Assembly (NCBI RefSeq): GCF_963506605.1
Contig: NC_083288.1
Location: 26,970,001 to 27,034,000, forward strand
Length of the DNA: 64,000 nucleotides
DNA from: Zootoca vivipara
Taxonomy: Eukaryota
Direction of reading: 5' to 3'
The notes beneath the pieces are model-generated. The model had not been told where the DNA came from. It did no database searches and worked only from the letters and a program-made list of their open reading frames with translations. Shown here one piece after another: positions 37,838-49,719 of the stretch; position 1 is the first letter of the stretch, and each line of letters opens with the position of its first letter. The position numbers and the translations under genes are program-made.

Positions 37838-38963
37838 TCTGGAAGATTAAGGCATTGCTATGGTGAGTTACTGTCTTTGCTTTTCCTTCTAATGATGTTA
37901 AATGAGAATTTAGCTCAGAACCAGTTATGACTTTGTCTCCTGAAATAATATAATAAATGTCTTGATAGGTCAGGCCAATGGTCCATCTCATCCGATACTC
38001 TTTGTTTCAAACAATGGTCACCCGTCCTGGACCAGCTTCCTGATGCCCCCAGGTGCCACTGGGAAGTTAAAAACATGCCATGAAACTGGCGGCATTTCCC
38101 TTGCCTTGCAATTTGTCCTCAGCATCTGGTATACAGAGTCATACCTCATCTGCATGTTGATGTTTCATTTTTATGCATCCTGGCTTATAGTTGGGGATAC
38201 TTTGATCCACCGTGGGGTTTTTCCCCAATTCCCTTTGATTTTATTTTTTATATATAGTTTTTATTAGATTTTTCTTATTTATATTTCAAAATATTCATTT
38301 AAACAACCTTGAATCAATGACTTCCGTTTCTTCTCTTTCTGTGGTTCATTTTGCATACCATACATCCCTACATATTTTAAATGAACTAAACCATTCAGCA
38401 ATTGTTAGATATATGATTGAGGCAACGTTTATCATTTCTCACAGTAATCCATTGTTGCACCATCAAAACTTGTTAACACTGTTGAATTTATCTTAATGCT
38501 ACCAGCGTTTTAAATGTACACAATTTCCACCCATATAATCGGTAAACGTTTTCCAGTCTTTTTTAAATGTATATTCTTCTTGTTCTCTTATTTCCTAACT
38601 CCCTTTTAAAGTTGTCTAATGGCCACTGTGTTACCTTGTGACAATAAAATTATACACGTTAATTATGTTTTATATGGTGATGGGGTGTTAGAAGACTTTC
38701 TTTCCTTTGTTGTAAATATATTGAGTTCAATCTGAATTTTAAGGTGCAATCCTAATTCTTATCTGATCAGTCAAAAGTAAATCCCCAGACAAGAGGTGCC
38801 TGACTAAGTTGCATTTTCCGTACTTCTGCTCACATTATGACTAATATAAGTTCTATGGATTTCAGTGCTAGTTTCAGACATATGTACGGTATGTATGGGC
38901 TGATGATACTGTCAGCTTCCCACAGTGGGCTACATAAAAAAACAAAAAACAATAATTGTATGT

Positions 38964-39032
<69 letters not shown>

Positions 39033-39033
39033 A
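38964..39033 (+). repeat. Compound microsatellite (TCTG)n(TAAA)n
   Basis: Seen directly. Confidence 0.9.
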
Positions 39034-39441
39034 AAATGGGTCTACTATAAGCATGACTAAATCTGGATTGTTGAGTGGGTAGTGGTGGGGTGTTTTTTTT
39101 TATGCTGCCTCTGACTTTTGTGTCTCCTACACAATTACTCATTGCTTCCCTTCTGCCTTTCTCAAGCTTTTAATGAAATTTGAGGGCTTCCAAGAATCAT
39201 CCCCCTCTCCCCACTCCCTGACTTCTTCAACTCCTCCACCTTGCAGTTTTTAGTTTGCTTCTAATATTGTGGGGTTTCCCCTTATTCTTATTTCCCTCAT
39301 TATTGCTTAGCAGCCTTGAGGCTTCAGCAATAATACAAGATGTAATCCTCAATATAAATTATACTCTTGGGTCAGGTGAGGCTATTTACTTCCAATCTGT
39401 TTTCCTGTTTCATTCCCAGGAAAGCCCTTAGAGGAGATAAC

Positions 39442-40377
39442 ATGGGCAGAAGAGAGAATGAGACTACTGTGACCGAATTCATCCTGCTGGGCCTCTCGAG
39501 TAACCCTCAGACGAAGATTGCCCTCTTTGGTCTCTTTCTACTCATCTACTTCATCACTGTGGTGGGCAACGGTCTCCTCCTCCTGCTTGCTGTAGTGGAT
39601 CCCCACCTGCACACCCCCATGTACTTCTTCCTTGGCAACCTGTCTTTCCTTGACATCTGCTATACTACCAGCACCATCCCTCAGATGTTGGCTCATTGCC
39701 TGTCAGCCAAGACCACCATTTCCCATTCTGGCTGTTTTGCCCAAATGTACATCTCCCTCTTCTTGGGGACGACGGAATGCCTCCTGCTGGCAATGATGTC
39801 CTACGACCGCTGGGTGGCTGTTTGCAACCCCCTGCGCTACAATACCATCATGAGCAATAAGGTTTGCACTGCTATGGCAACCATTTCATGGGGCAGCTCC
39901 TTCCTCCTGATCCTGGTACCTTCTCTCACCTCACAGGCCTCTCTATGTGGGCATAATGTTATCAACCACTTTCTGTGTGAGGTCCAGGCTATGCTCAAGT
40001 TGGCCTGCTCAGATACTAGTGGAAACCAGTTGATCATGTTTGCCAGCAGCATCCTTACTCTGCTTCTTCCCTTCGGCTTCATCTTGGTCACCTACGCCCG
40101 TATTATCACCACTGTGTTGAAAATGCAATCCACAGAGAACAGGGCCAAGGCCTTCTCAACCTGTAGTTCGCATCTCATGGTGGTCACCATTTTCTATGGA
40201 ACAGCCATGTCAATGTACCTACAGCCTCAGACCAAGACATCCTCAGATCTAGACAAATACATTGCCATATTCTATTGTACCATCACACCCATGTTGAATC
40301 CACTGATTTACAGCTTAAGGAATAAGGATGTGAAACAAGCTTTCAAGAAAGTGACAGGGAGGAAGAGAGACCTCTGA
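39442..40377 (+). CDS. Olfactory receptor, class II (OR13-like), paralog 2, 311 aa
   Basis: Same motifs as paralog 1, with 10 amino-acid differences. Confidence 0.95.
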   Translation: MGRRENETTVTEFILLGLSSNPQTKIALFGLFLLIYFITVVGNGLLLLLAVVDPHLHTPMYFFLGNLSFLDICYTTSTIPQMLAHCLSAKTTISHSGCFAQMYISLFLGTTECLLLAMMSYDRWVAVCNPLRYNTIMSNKVCTAMATISWGSSFLLILVPSLTSQASLCGHNVINHFLCEVQAMLKLACSDTSGNQLIMFASSILTLLLPFGFILVTYARIITTVLKMQSTENRAKAFSTCSSHLMVVTIFYGTAMSMYLQPQTKTSSDLDKYIAIFYCTITPMLNPLIYSLRNKDVKQAFKKVTGRKRDL

Positions 40378-41140
40378 TACCTACCAGCCCGCTCCCTTTA
40401 ATATCAGAAATGTTTGCCTTTTCTTTTGATGTATATTTTTGTAAAGGCGCACATTGGTAGGCCTACTGGTCCCTGCAAGTGTCTTTTCAACTATTACTTT
40501 TGTGTTCAGAAAAACCTATAATTTGTCACCTAAAGTCTTGCAAAATAGGGGAGCGATAGTGAAATAACGAAACACAAACATTTCTGATGTCAAGCACTGA
40601 CTTTTGAGCTTGAGAATTCAGCTGTTGTGGAATTTTGAATGCTTGCCCTGGAGAAATGTAGTAACAGCATGAACGACCTGAGCAAACAAATTCCAGAAGG
40701 GAACCTGTTTTAGTCTGCCACAACAAAAACATCAAAGACTCTTGTGGCACTTTAAAGACTAGCTTATTTCTTCTTAGGTTTCCATATATTCCTTCATTTT
40801 CAGATGTCTGATTATATGGGTTAAAGTCCATTAAAGATTATGCCACAGGTCTGCACTTCCCTGGCCCATGTCCAAGCACTTTCCATTTTTGGTCCCTCCA
40901 CATTCCCCAGGAAAACCCAGTCTCTACTGCTGGATTGGAGCAAACAGCAATTTGGTTTTTCCATGAATTGTCATTTGCTCCAATTCAGCGGCAAAGAGCC
41001 GGGTTTCATGGGAAAAGTGGTGGGGCAAAAATAAATAAATGCTGGGACATGGACTGGAAAGCCCAAATCTGTGCCTAGAAATGCAGCACAAAGGTAAGTG
41101 TTATGGAAGCACAATTGTCTCAATTCAGCAGCTCTCTCAG

Positions 41141-41285
41141 AATCATAGAATTGTAGAGTTGGAAGGGACCCTGAGGATCATCTAGTCCAACTCCCCACAC
41201 TGTAGGAATAGGCAGCAGTCCCATACGGGGATCAAACCTGCAACCTTGGTGTTATCAGCACCACACTCTCACCAGCTCAGCTATC
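41141..41285 (-). mobile_element. tRNA(Ile)-derived SINE with CR1-like tail
   Basis: Minus strand tagctgagctggtgagagtgtggtgctgataacaccaaggttgcaggtttgatcccc followed by ttggactagatga...ccttccaactctacaattctatgatt. Truncated counterpart at ~36595-36665. Confidence 0.65.
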
Positions 41286-42546
41286 CAACTTCCACAAGCA
41301 AAAGGTCCAGAATAGAGCTATGGGTGAGCAGGAGGACCTTTCCCACCCAACTTTGCATGCAATTCCATTTCCTGATGTTGAAATGGAGATGGAATCCCTG
41401 GCTTATGTGCTGCCCTGTGCAACCTAAAGATCTGGAACTGGGAAGCAAGATTTTGAAATCCTGACATGGAATCAAAACATGCTTTGAAATGTGTGGAACC
41501 ATTTGTGCACAGTCATGCTTATTTGGTGTTCAATATCTTAAATAAAAATGTTGCACGCCTCTGCAAATGTGTCAGTCTCTCCTTTTCCCTTTGAGCTCTT
41601 TTTGCCGTGTGAGCAGAGAGAACTAAAGTGTAAACCAGGCATAGGCAAACTCGGCCCTCCAGATGTTTTTGGCCTACAACTCCCACGATCCCTAGCTAAC
41701 AGGACCAGTGGTCAGGGATGATGGGAACTGTAGTCCCAAAACATCTGGAGGGCTGTGTTTGCCTATGCCTGGTGTAAACTCTTCCTAGGAGATAAGTCCA
41801 CCCTCCCAGTAACCTTTTCCTTGGGAACTGGAAAGGTAAATATTACCATGTCCCTCTCTTGAGCACACATATACAGATAACGGGAGAAAGACTTTTGAGT
41901 TTAACAAGAGAGTTCTCTGTGTTAAGAATATTTAAAAGGTCCAACAGACTATTATTCTAATGCTTCACTCACTTTCTGCACAATTCTGTGTTTTTAAACT
42001 CTGCTGCAGGCTCTCTCTTGCTGGAGCATGTGTTTAGCCCCGCACTTTAGATCTAGGGATCCAATCAGTTCTCACACATGGAAGGTTTATATCTATTTTT
42101 CTCCCCACAAAATGGGAGTCAGATTGTCTGATATGGGCCTGCTCAATGCAGCTTATGCCCAGATGCTGATCAGATTCACATCTGTTTATCTTCCACAATG
42201 TTGCAGAATAGTCTGATGCTTTCAACCCATTCATTGGGTAACACCGGTGGCAATGATTTTCAAAATGGATCTGATGCAGGAGCAGTGAGCTCTGATGGAC
42301 TTTTGGAGTGTTGACGTTGTGCCTCCACCTATGCGCATCCTGTATATCTGTAAATAAATGCAAATATTACAAAATGGCAATAAGCCTCCTTTCAAAGGAA
42401 ACCAAACTCAACTAAGTGCTATTGCACATGGAGAAGTGTAACAGTAGTCTGTATCCTGTACAGTCTGTTTTATTGTGATATTTTGTGGGGAGCCGCCCAG
42501 AGTGGCTGGGGCAGCCTAGTCAGATGGCCGGTATATAAATAATAAA

Positions 42547-42547
<1 letters not shown>

Positions 42548-42591
<44 letters not shown>
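42548..42591 (+). repeat. (TTA)n microsatellite, tail of an L2-like 3' end
   Basis: Seen directly, preceded by gccgcccagagtggctgggg... Confidence 0.85.
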
Positions 42592-42593
<2 letters not shown>

Positions 42594-44828
42594 CTGCAAG
42601 AGCAGGCTGGACTGGGCTGATCTTGAAATCTTCTGGGTCCAATCAAGGAACATAATGCTCAAGGGGGACGGAACTTCTGATAGCAAGTAAACAATTCTCT
42701 AAGAGTACCAATTCCTTTGAGTTGATTGAGTTGATCAATCCCAAAGGCATTGAGATATTTTTGCTCCTCAGATCTGCAGCAAATACACTGGGATATATTT
42801 TTTAATGCTTTGTGAATTGTGTATTCAAAGAACTAAGATATGCATAGCCTTATTTGAGCAATGGGCGTTTACCGAATACAAAAGATACTCTTCTGCACTC
42901 TTAAGCGTCACTGGTAAATATATTTATGGTCCTTAATGCAACTTATTTCCTGGCTCCCTGTCCATCTGTTGGTCTATCTAGCTACTAGTCTCTTGTTCCC
43001 ATTCTCTGGCTTTGCATCTTCATTTTGTTGTCGCTGCTTAGGATGGAACTCAGTCCAAACAACATCCCAAGCGTTGGCTACCCCTGTAATGCAACATACT
43101 TTTGTGTTTTGAGGTGAGACTCAGTCTAGAATGTTCTGTGGGTTGTTAGGATGATCTAGGGCTGGGAGAAACTCCGGCCAGGAATCCTTGAGTGCTGCTG
43201 TCTGTGTGACAATAGGAAGCTCTGTGGCCCACCGGCCAGTCTCAGTAGAAGGCAGATTCGTATGTTCCTATGTACCTGTCAGAGCAAATACTTTACTAAC
43301 ATGGACCATTGGCCTCACTCAACTTAAAGCAGCTTCAGGCAAGCCTGAGTTTCTAAATGTGAAGGCAATTGAAGCCAGGCAAGTCAACAGGGCAAAGATC
43401 ACACAGAACTGTTTTAACCAAATTGGTTTGCGGACTCAAAAACCATTGCAATCTTCAATTCAGAGTAGCTGAAAATCACACAGGGAGATTCGTCCGAAAC
43501 AGTAATTGCCAGCATCTCTCTTGCTATCAATTGCTTTGCTTACCTGGTCTTCTAACAAATTAGTTTAGCATTGTCTTCTCCGCTTTTGCTGCGATTGTAG
43601 CATCCATAAACACCAAGCAGAGGAAATGGATGGGGGAAAGGCTGGGAAATTGTCAATATTCCTCTTTGATCCCTTAGGCAACTTTACTTTTGCCCACTAA
43701 ACACAATAGCCCGCTTCCAAAACTCTGACTTGAGTCCACTGACTAAGCAGGGCGCTGTGGAATGTACTGACTTCACAGTTTGTTCCTCAGCTTTCCTCCC
43801 GTCTCTATCTTGGAAAAAAGAAAAGAAAAACCCATGAACGTTGCTAGTACTCAAAAATCAAGTGGGTGGGGAATGGAGCTCATTCACATCCAGTTTGCAA
43901 GCATTTCCCCACCTGAAGCAATGCTTACTCGCTACTGTACAGGAAATGCTTTTATCTTTTAAATGGCTGTTGGTAAGATTGGGCTATCCCAGTTCCTCTC
44001 AGAGCAACCCTCTGAGGGAGCTTAGGCTGAGAAAGATTGCGTATGGTCACTGTTACTGAACTTCATGGTCAAACAAATATCTGAGCCAAGGTCCCAGGTG
44101 TCGAATATGACACATCCTGCATCTAAGAGAGTTGTGTTATGTTAATCCGATCTCTGTTACATCATTACAGAAATAGCTGTCTTTACAGGGGCAGAATCTA
44201 CTTTGTAGCATTCTACACCCGAAACAGCCAACATGGCTATCCAGATGTTTCTGGACTATAACTCCCACCATTCCTGACCGTTGCCCATGTTGTCTGAGGC
44301 TGGTGGGCGTTGTAGTCTAGAAAACCACCAAGTTGGCTTTCCTAGCCCTGCACTGTGGGATTCCTGCAGCTTTGTAAATAGAGCAGAAGTATGAAGTGAA
44401 GCAGAGATTGCAAAACTAACAGAGGAAGCAAAGGATGAGGAATCTCTGCTGTGATTCACATTGGTGAGGCAACAGGAGTTGAAGTGGGGTTTAGGAAGAA
44501 GAGGAAGTCACCAACAAACCTGTAGAGATGGCAGAGCAGCTTGCCTTGACCAGGCTTGCCGCACACCTGCAGATGTCATGTGACTCCAACTCCCATCAGA
44601 CCTAGCCAGCATGGCCAATGGTCACGGATGATGGGAGTTGTAGTCCAGCAACATCTTCAGGGCATCAAGTGGACAAAGGCTGGGCTTGAATCACAACTTG
44701 CAAAAGAAGTAAAAGGGGGAAAGAAAGAAACTGATGCTGAAGGTGCAAGGGAGAGTCAGAAATGAATAATCGGGTATCATATAGATCAGGAGACAAATAG
44801 GGAGGAAAGGGCAGATTACATAGGATCG

Positions 44829-44968
44829 TAAAGAGTTAGAAGGGACCATGTGGGTCATCTAGTCCAACCTCCTGCAATGCAGGATTTATTTTTTGCCCAA
44901 GGTGGGGCTTGAACCCACAACCCCAAGATCAAGAATCTCATGTTGTACCAACTGACTGAGCTATCCCA
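44829..44968 (-). mobile_element. tRNA(Lys)-derived SINE with CR1-like tail
   Basis: Minus strand tagctcagtcagttggtacaacatgagattcttgatcttggggttgtgggttcaagccccaccttgggc is a degenerate tRNA-Lys. Followed by cctgcattgcaggaggttggactagatgacc. Confidence 0.6.
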
Positions 44969-45126
44969 GCTCTTGCCGTAATTCATGGTGTGCTTGGAGA
45001 TCACAGATGAAATAAAGACACCCATGTGAATGGGGCTTTGTGTGTACTGGGAATAAGCATGGTTTTCAGTTATGGGTGTGGTCCCTCCATTTGGTCTCCT
45101 AAATCTCTCCCACATTTCAGGTACAA

Positions 45127-46074
45127 GTGGTGAGGCAGGTGGGAAACCAAACCGCAACAGCAACATTTGTGTTCCTGGGCTTCTCCAGCTTCCCGGAGCC
45201 CCAAGCCCTGTTCTTCCTCCTGTTTCTGACCATGTACATCACCACCTTGCTGGGCAACACTCTAATCCTGGTGACCGCATGGCTGGATTCTGGCCTCCGT
45301 ACACCCATGTACTATTTCATCCAGCACCTGTCATTCCTGGACATCTGCTACTCCTCCGTCACTCTGCCCCACATGCTTAAGAATCTGTTGACAGAGACAC
45401 AGACCATCTCCATTCCAGGCTGCCTGGCCCAGCTTTACTTCTTGGTGACTTTTGTAGGGGTCGAGTGCCTCCTCCTGGCCGTGATGGCATATGACCGATA
45501 CATCGCCATCTGCCACCCACTTACGTACACCATCTTCATGAACAGGAAGCTGTGTACCCAGCTGGTGGCAGCTTCCTGGGCCTGCGGCTTCCTCAATTCA
45601 GTCCTGCACACGGCCATGACCGCTCTCCTGCCCTTCTGTGCCTCTCACAACCTGGACCATTTGTTCTGTGACGTCCCCCAGCTGCTCAAGCTGTCTTGCG
45701 CAGACACATTCCCCAACCAAATCACCTTGCTGGCAGTCACCCTGCTGCTCGGCGTCAGTCCTTTCCTTTGCATTGTGGTTTCCTACGTCCACATCGTGGC
45801 AGCCATCTTGAGGATCCGTACTAACCGAGGCCGCCGCAAGGCGTTCTCCACCTGCACTTCGCACCTCACAGTGGTCACCTTGTTCTATGTCACCTGCATG
45901 TTCAATTATAACAAGCCCAGCGCCAGCCATTCTGTATATTTTGACACCTTGGCAACTGTGCTCTACAACGTTGTGACGCCAATGCTCAACCCTATCATAT
46001 ATTGCCTGAGGAACAAAGAAGTGAAGGACGCCGTGAGGCGTTTGCTGCACCCCAAGACGCCGTCCTCTTTCTAG
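45127..46074 (+). CDS. Olfactory receptor, class II (OR5V/OR1-like); full-length ORF with no ATG before TM1
   Basis: Motifs NQT, LRTPMYYFIQHLS, MAYDRYIAICHPLTY, KAFSTCTSHL, PMLNPIIYCLRNKEVK. Start is uncertain: GTG codons, with the first ATG at 45232. Confidence 0.85.
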   Translation: MVRQVGNQTATATFVFLGFSSFPEPQALFFLLFLTMYITTLLGNTLILVTAWLDSGLRTPMYYFIQHLSFLDICYSSVTLPHMLKNLLTETQTISIPGCLAQLYFLVTFVGVECLLLAVMAYDRYIAICHPLTYTIFMNRKLCTQLVAASWACGFLNSVLHTAMTALLPFCASHNLDHLFCDVPQLLKLSCADTFPNQITLLAVTLLLGVSPFLCIVVSYVHIVAAILRIRTNRGRRKAFSTCTSHLTVVTLFYVTCMFNYNKPSASHSVYFDTLATVLYNVVTPMLNPIIYCLRNKEVKDAVRRLLHPKTPSSF

Positions 46075-47014
46075 CACCAGCTATTAGCCAAAATTCCTGA
46101 TTTTGGAGATGACTATAAAGTATATGCTTGCTGTCGACACACACACACAAGGGCTCCAACTTCGGAACAAGCAACTAGACGGGCCACTGGCATGATCCAG
46201 CAAGGATATTCTTGTGCGGTTATGGTTCATGGAACTCCTGTCTACCAGCCTTCAGGTTCACCAACATTACATACCCTCCAACATTTCTCCAACAAAAATA
46301 GGAGAACGTTGATGAAAATAGGAACGTCTTATCAGTATCAGTTGGGAACTCAGCCTTCCTTTGTAGCTGATGACGCTGTAGTCTCTGACTTTCTGTCTTT
46401 GTCACTGCTGGACTCCAGGACTCCATATGCCAATTTGTGTATTATTATAATAATAATTTTATTATTTGTGCCCCGTCCACCTGACTGGATTTCCCCAGCC
46501 ACTCTGGGTGGCTTCGAACACATATAAAAATATAATAAAACATTACACATTAAAAGGCTTCCCTATATAGGGCTGGGAATCAGTGCTTGGTTTGGGATAA
46601 GGGTGGAATGCCATCCTTATTCTCTTCAAGAAGAGGTTTCTTTTCAGTTGAATGTAACAATTCAGACCTAACCTAGCCACACACACACCCACACACCCAC
46701 ACACACCAGTCATCCCACTTCCTCCCAAACCATCCTTTTGTTCTTTTACATTGAACACTGTCCCTAGTGACAAGTTAGATGTAAATAGAGCCCAACAAAA
46801 AGAAGACTTAAGTAGTGTGTGGTTGGAGGACATTGGTGGAAGATTATTTGGCCTTGCCTTGATGCAAGATGGGGTTTACATGTTACCTGTAGCTACTTAT
46901 CCCTGGCAGCAGGGAAGGGTGGTCTCAATGACCAGACACCTCATTTGCAGAACCTTCTTGGTTATAGCTCCCTAGTAATGGAACTTCCTCCAAGGAGGCA
47001 GCGGTTTCCACATA

Positions 47015-47269
47015 CAGGGGTACCTTGGTTTACGAACTTAATCCGTTCCAGAAGTCCGTTCTCAAACCAAAGCGTTCTTAAACCAAGGCGTGCTTTCCCA
47101 TAGCAGCGGGGGACTCAATTTACAAATGGTAAACAGGACTCAACAGGAAGCGGAACATGTTCTGCTTCCAGGGCAAAGTTCACAAACCAAAACACCTACT
47201 TCCGAGTTTGGAGTGTTCATAATCCAAGTTGTTCATAAACTAAGCTGTTCTTAAACCAAGGTACCACTG
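47015..47269. mobile_element. Tigger-like MITE
   Basis: TIR caggggtaccttggttta / taaaccaaggtaccactg with TA flanks. Confidence 0.8.
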
Positions 47270-48075
47270 TAATTAGGTTTTGGGTTGTCTCACCCCTCAC
47301 ATACCCAACCTTGAATTCAAGAACCTGCCTCCCAAAGTCTTTACATTGCTTGATTAAATGGAAAACAAATGCATGGCTTGCCAGTGTGTTGTGTTTGGAC
47401 CAGAGAAACCTGAGTTCCAATCCCGACACTATCATTCCGCTCACAGAGCTATCCTTAGTGAGTCATTCCATGCACCATTAACACCTAAAGATTGCTAAAT
47501 TCTGAGGAATCGTTCGACTTTAAAAACTGTGATTTGGCAGGGGAATTAAAGCAACTCCTCCCTCCAGCTAGTTGTGTTTCAGTCACCATGGTGCTAAGGG
47601 GTCAGAGAAGGTGGCTTAATCAGAGCCCTTCCCTAGAGCAGGAGGAAGGGGCAGTGTGTTTCGATGCCTTCGTTAACTTGTCTGTTATTTTTTCCCAAGG
47701 AAGCTGTTGTTGTTTGTTTGTACATCTGGGGGCAGATGTCTTGCTCTTGTGGGGAGGTAGTATTACGAGTCTGGGGTGGGGGCGAAGCAGGCTGTATGCA
47801 CACTTAACATTCATCTTTATGGCAGCACCATGTTAATTCAACTTGTGCAAATGGTATGAACTGTAATATTATTATTTTTAAAAAAAGAAAAATAATGCAA
47901 AATACAGGGAAAATATGGAATATTAGGAATGAAGGGAAGGGGATCTGGCCTCATTAACCTGAGCTTTACTCAAAGAGTTTGGATGGCGTACACACAAATG
48001 AAATGTGTCAGCGTAACCAAGGCAATTAGATGTACAAAATAAATTCCAAACACACCGAAATGCAGAGTCCAGATT

Positions 48076-48786
48076 TCAGCATTCAGTATTTCCTGCCAGG
48101 TAATGTGAGATCGCATTGCGCACCTCCTCGCCTCCCGACTCACTGCTGGTTTCGTAAAAATGGCAGTCCTCGTTATATGCTGCCAACAGGACGTGCTCAG
48201 AGATGTCCACACCTTCGGGAACGGCGTGCCCCTTGGTCTCACAAATATTGTGCAGCACGACACACGCAGTGACCACTGCCAAAACGTTCTCCTCTGCCAC
48301 TGGGAGCCTCGCAGTGAGGCAACGCCACCTTGCCTTGAGCCTGCCAAAGGCCTGCTGGACCACGCTGTGGCAGTGGTTGAAAGTCCTATTGTAGATGGTC
48401 TTCCTCTGGTCCAAGGGGCCTCCGTAGGGCTTCATGAGCCACTTCCGCATAGGGTAGGTGCTATGGGCGAGTATTAGAGGTGGGATCTCCACGCCCTGCA
48501 TGTTGATAGTCGGGTTCCCTGGGACAAAGGTGCCCTCGTCCATAGCCTGGCACAGCGCAGATTTGCGGAAGATCTGCACGTCATCGTGTTTCTTCCCGCT
48601 CCATCCCACTTCGATGTTCGTGAAACGGCCGGTGTGGTCGGTTGTCCCTTGAAGCAGAATGGAACAGAAATTCTTTGGCTTGTTGCACTCGTCTCCTGGA
48701 CCTGTAGCGGCTATTATGGACAGATGCGTCAAGTCCATCGCGCCAACGCAGTGAGGGAATCCCATCTTCCTGAAACCATCCATGAT
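48076..48786 (-). CDS. HARBI1/ALP1-like (PIF/Harbinger transposase-derived) gene, coding exon 2 (DDE_Tnp_4-type domain)
   Basis: ttacag| then IMDGF..GFPHCVGAMDLTH..SILLQGTTDHTGRF..GWSGKKHD..ILAHSTYP..WLMKPY..VVQQAFGRLKARWRCL..ACVVLHN. Phase 0; stop at 48076. Confidence 0.9.
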   Translation of the reverse strand: MMDGFRKMGFPHCVGAMDLTHLSIIAATGPGDECNKPKNFCSILLQGTTDHTGRFTNIEVGWSGKKHDDVQIFRKSALCQAMDEGTFVPGNPTINMQGVEIPPLILAHSTYPMRKWLMKPYGGPLDQRKTIYNRTFNHCHSVVQQAFGRLKARWRCLTARLPVAEENVLAVVTACVVLHNICETKGHAVPEGVDISEHVLLAAYNEDCHFYETSSESGGEEVRNAISHYLAGNTEC

Positions 48787-48851
48787 CTGTAAGCGACAAC
48801 GAAGAAGTAGTAAATTTTAAAAGGGTAGTTTCGTGGTTGTGCCAACAATTC

Positions 48852-48882
<31 letters not shown>

Positions 48883-49456
48883 GTCCACACAGCACTCCCA
48901 TCTCGTCCAAAAAAGTCACAGTAATATGGCATAGTAGCAAGCTGTGTTTTTGTGTGTGCTGTGTAAGTACTTTTTACTAATTTTGCATTGCAAGTGCAAA
49001 ACAGAAAAACACTGTTCAGGAAGCATATAAACTACAATGCAAATATGAGAGTTTCTGCCTCATGTTCCCAAATTATTCCCTTCCACTGTAGCAATCTATG
49101 CAGCTTCAAACAATTCAGTAGTTTTGCATGGGAAATCTCTTCCACATAATATAAAACAAGGCAGGTCACCAATAGGATTTCAGCAAGTAGTATTCTGACA
49201 CTGGGCAACTGTTTTCATGCTTGTATTAATTTTATTAATGTATATTTGAAGTTTTATCTGTATAACTATATTATCTGTAAGCTGCCTTGAGTCCCAGTCT
49301 GAGGAAAAGGTGGGATGATGATGATGATGATGATAGTAAGCTGCCTAGGGAAGATTTTATATCCGGGAAGGTGGGATGAAAATGTCAAAAAAGCAACATT
49401 TTGCTACACTGACTACTCCCATAAGTGCTCACAGATACAATGGCAATTGCCCTATA

Positions 49457-49719
49457 CAGTGGTGCCTCGCAAGACGAATTTAATTCGTTCCACGGGTCTA
49501 TTCTTATAATGAAAAATTCGTCTAGCGAATCCCATAGGAATGCATTGAATTTTTTTTGCCCATAGGAACGCATTAATTGAATTTCAATGCATTCCTATGG
49601 GAAACCGCGATTCGTTTTTGTAAAACGAATTCATCTAGCGAGGCAACCTCCGCTAGAAAAATCCTTTCTTTCAGCAAAAATTTCGTCTTACAGGGCGTTC
49701 GTTAAGCGAGGCACCACTG
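49457..49719. mobile_element. Tigger-like MITE in the HARBI1-like intron
   Basis: TIR cagtggtgcctcgc / gcgaggcaccactg with TA flanks. Confidence 0.85.

Larger units (their letters stand above)
32578..41771 (+). repeat. Tandem segmental duplication (unit 1 ~32578-37001, unit 2 ~37002-41771), each unit carrying one OR gene
   Basis: Near-identical colinear flanks and CDS. Bounded by three copies of one ~135-bp MITE at 32578-32711, 37002-37136 and 41636-41771. Confidence 0.92.

Noticed and set aside
45598-46077. 159-aa antisense ORF over the OR (similarly 50309-50803 over the HARBI1-like exon and 15861-16334 over the PYD exon)
   Set aside because: Antisense shadows caused by codon bias.
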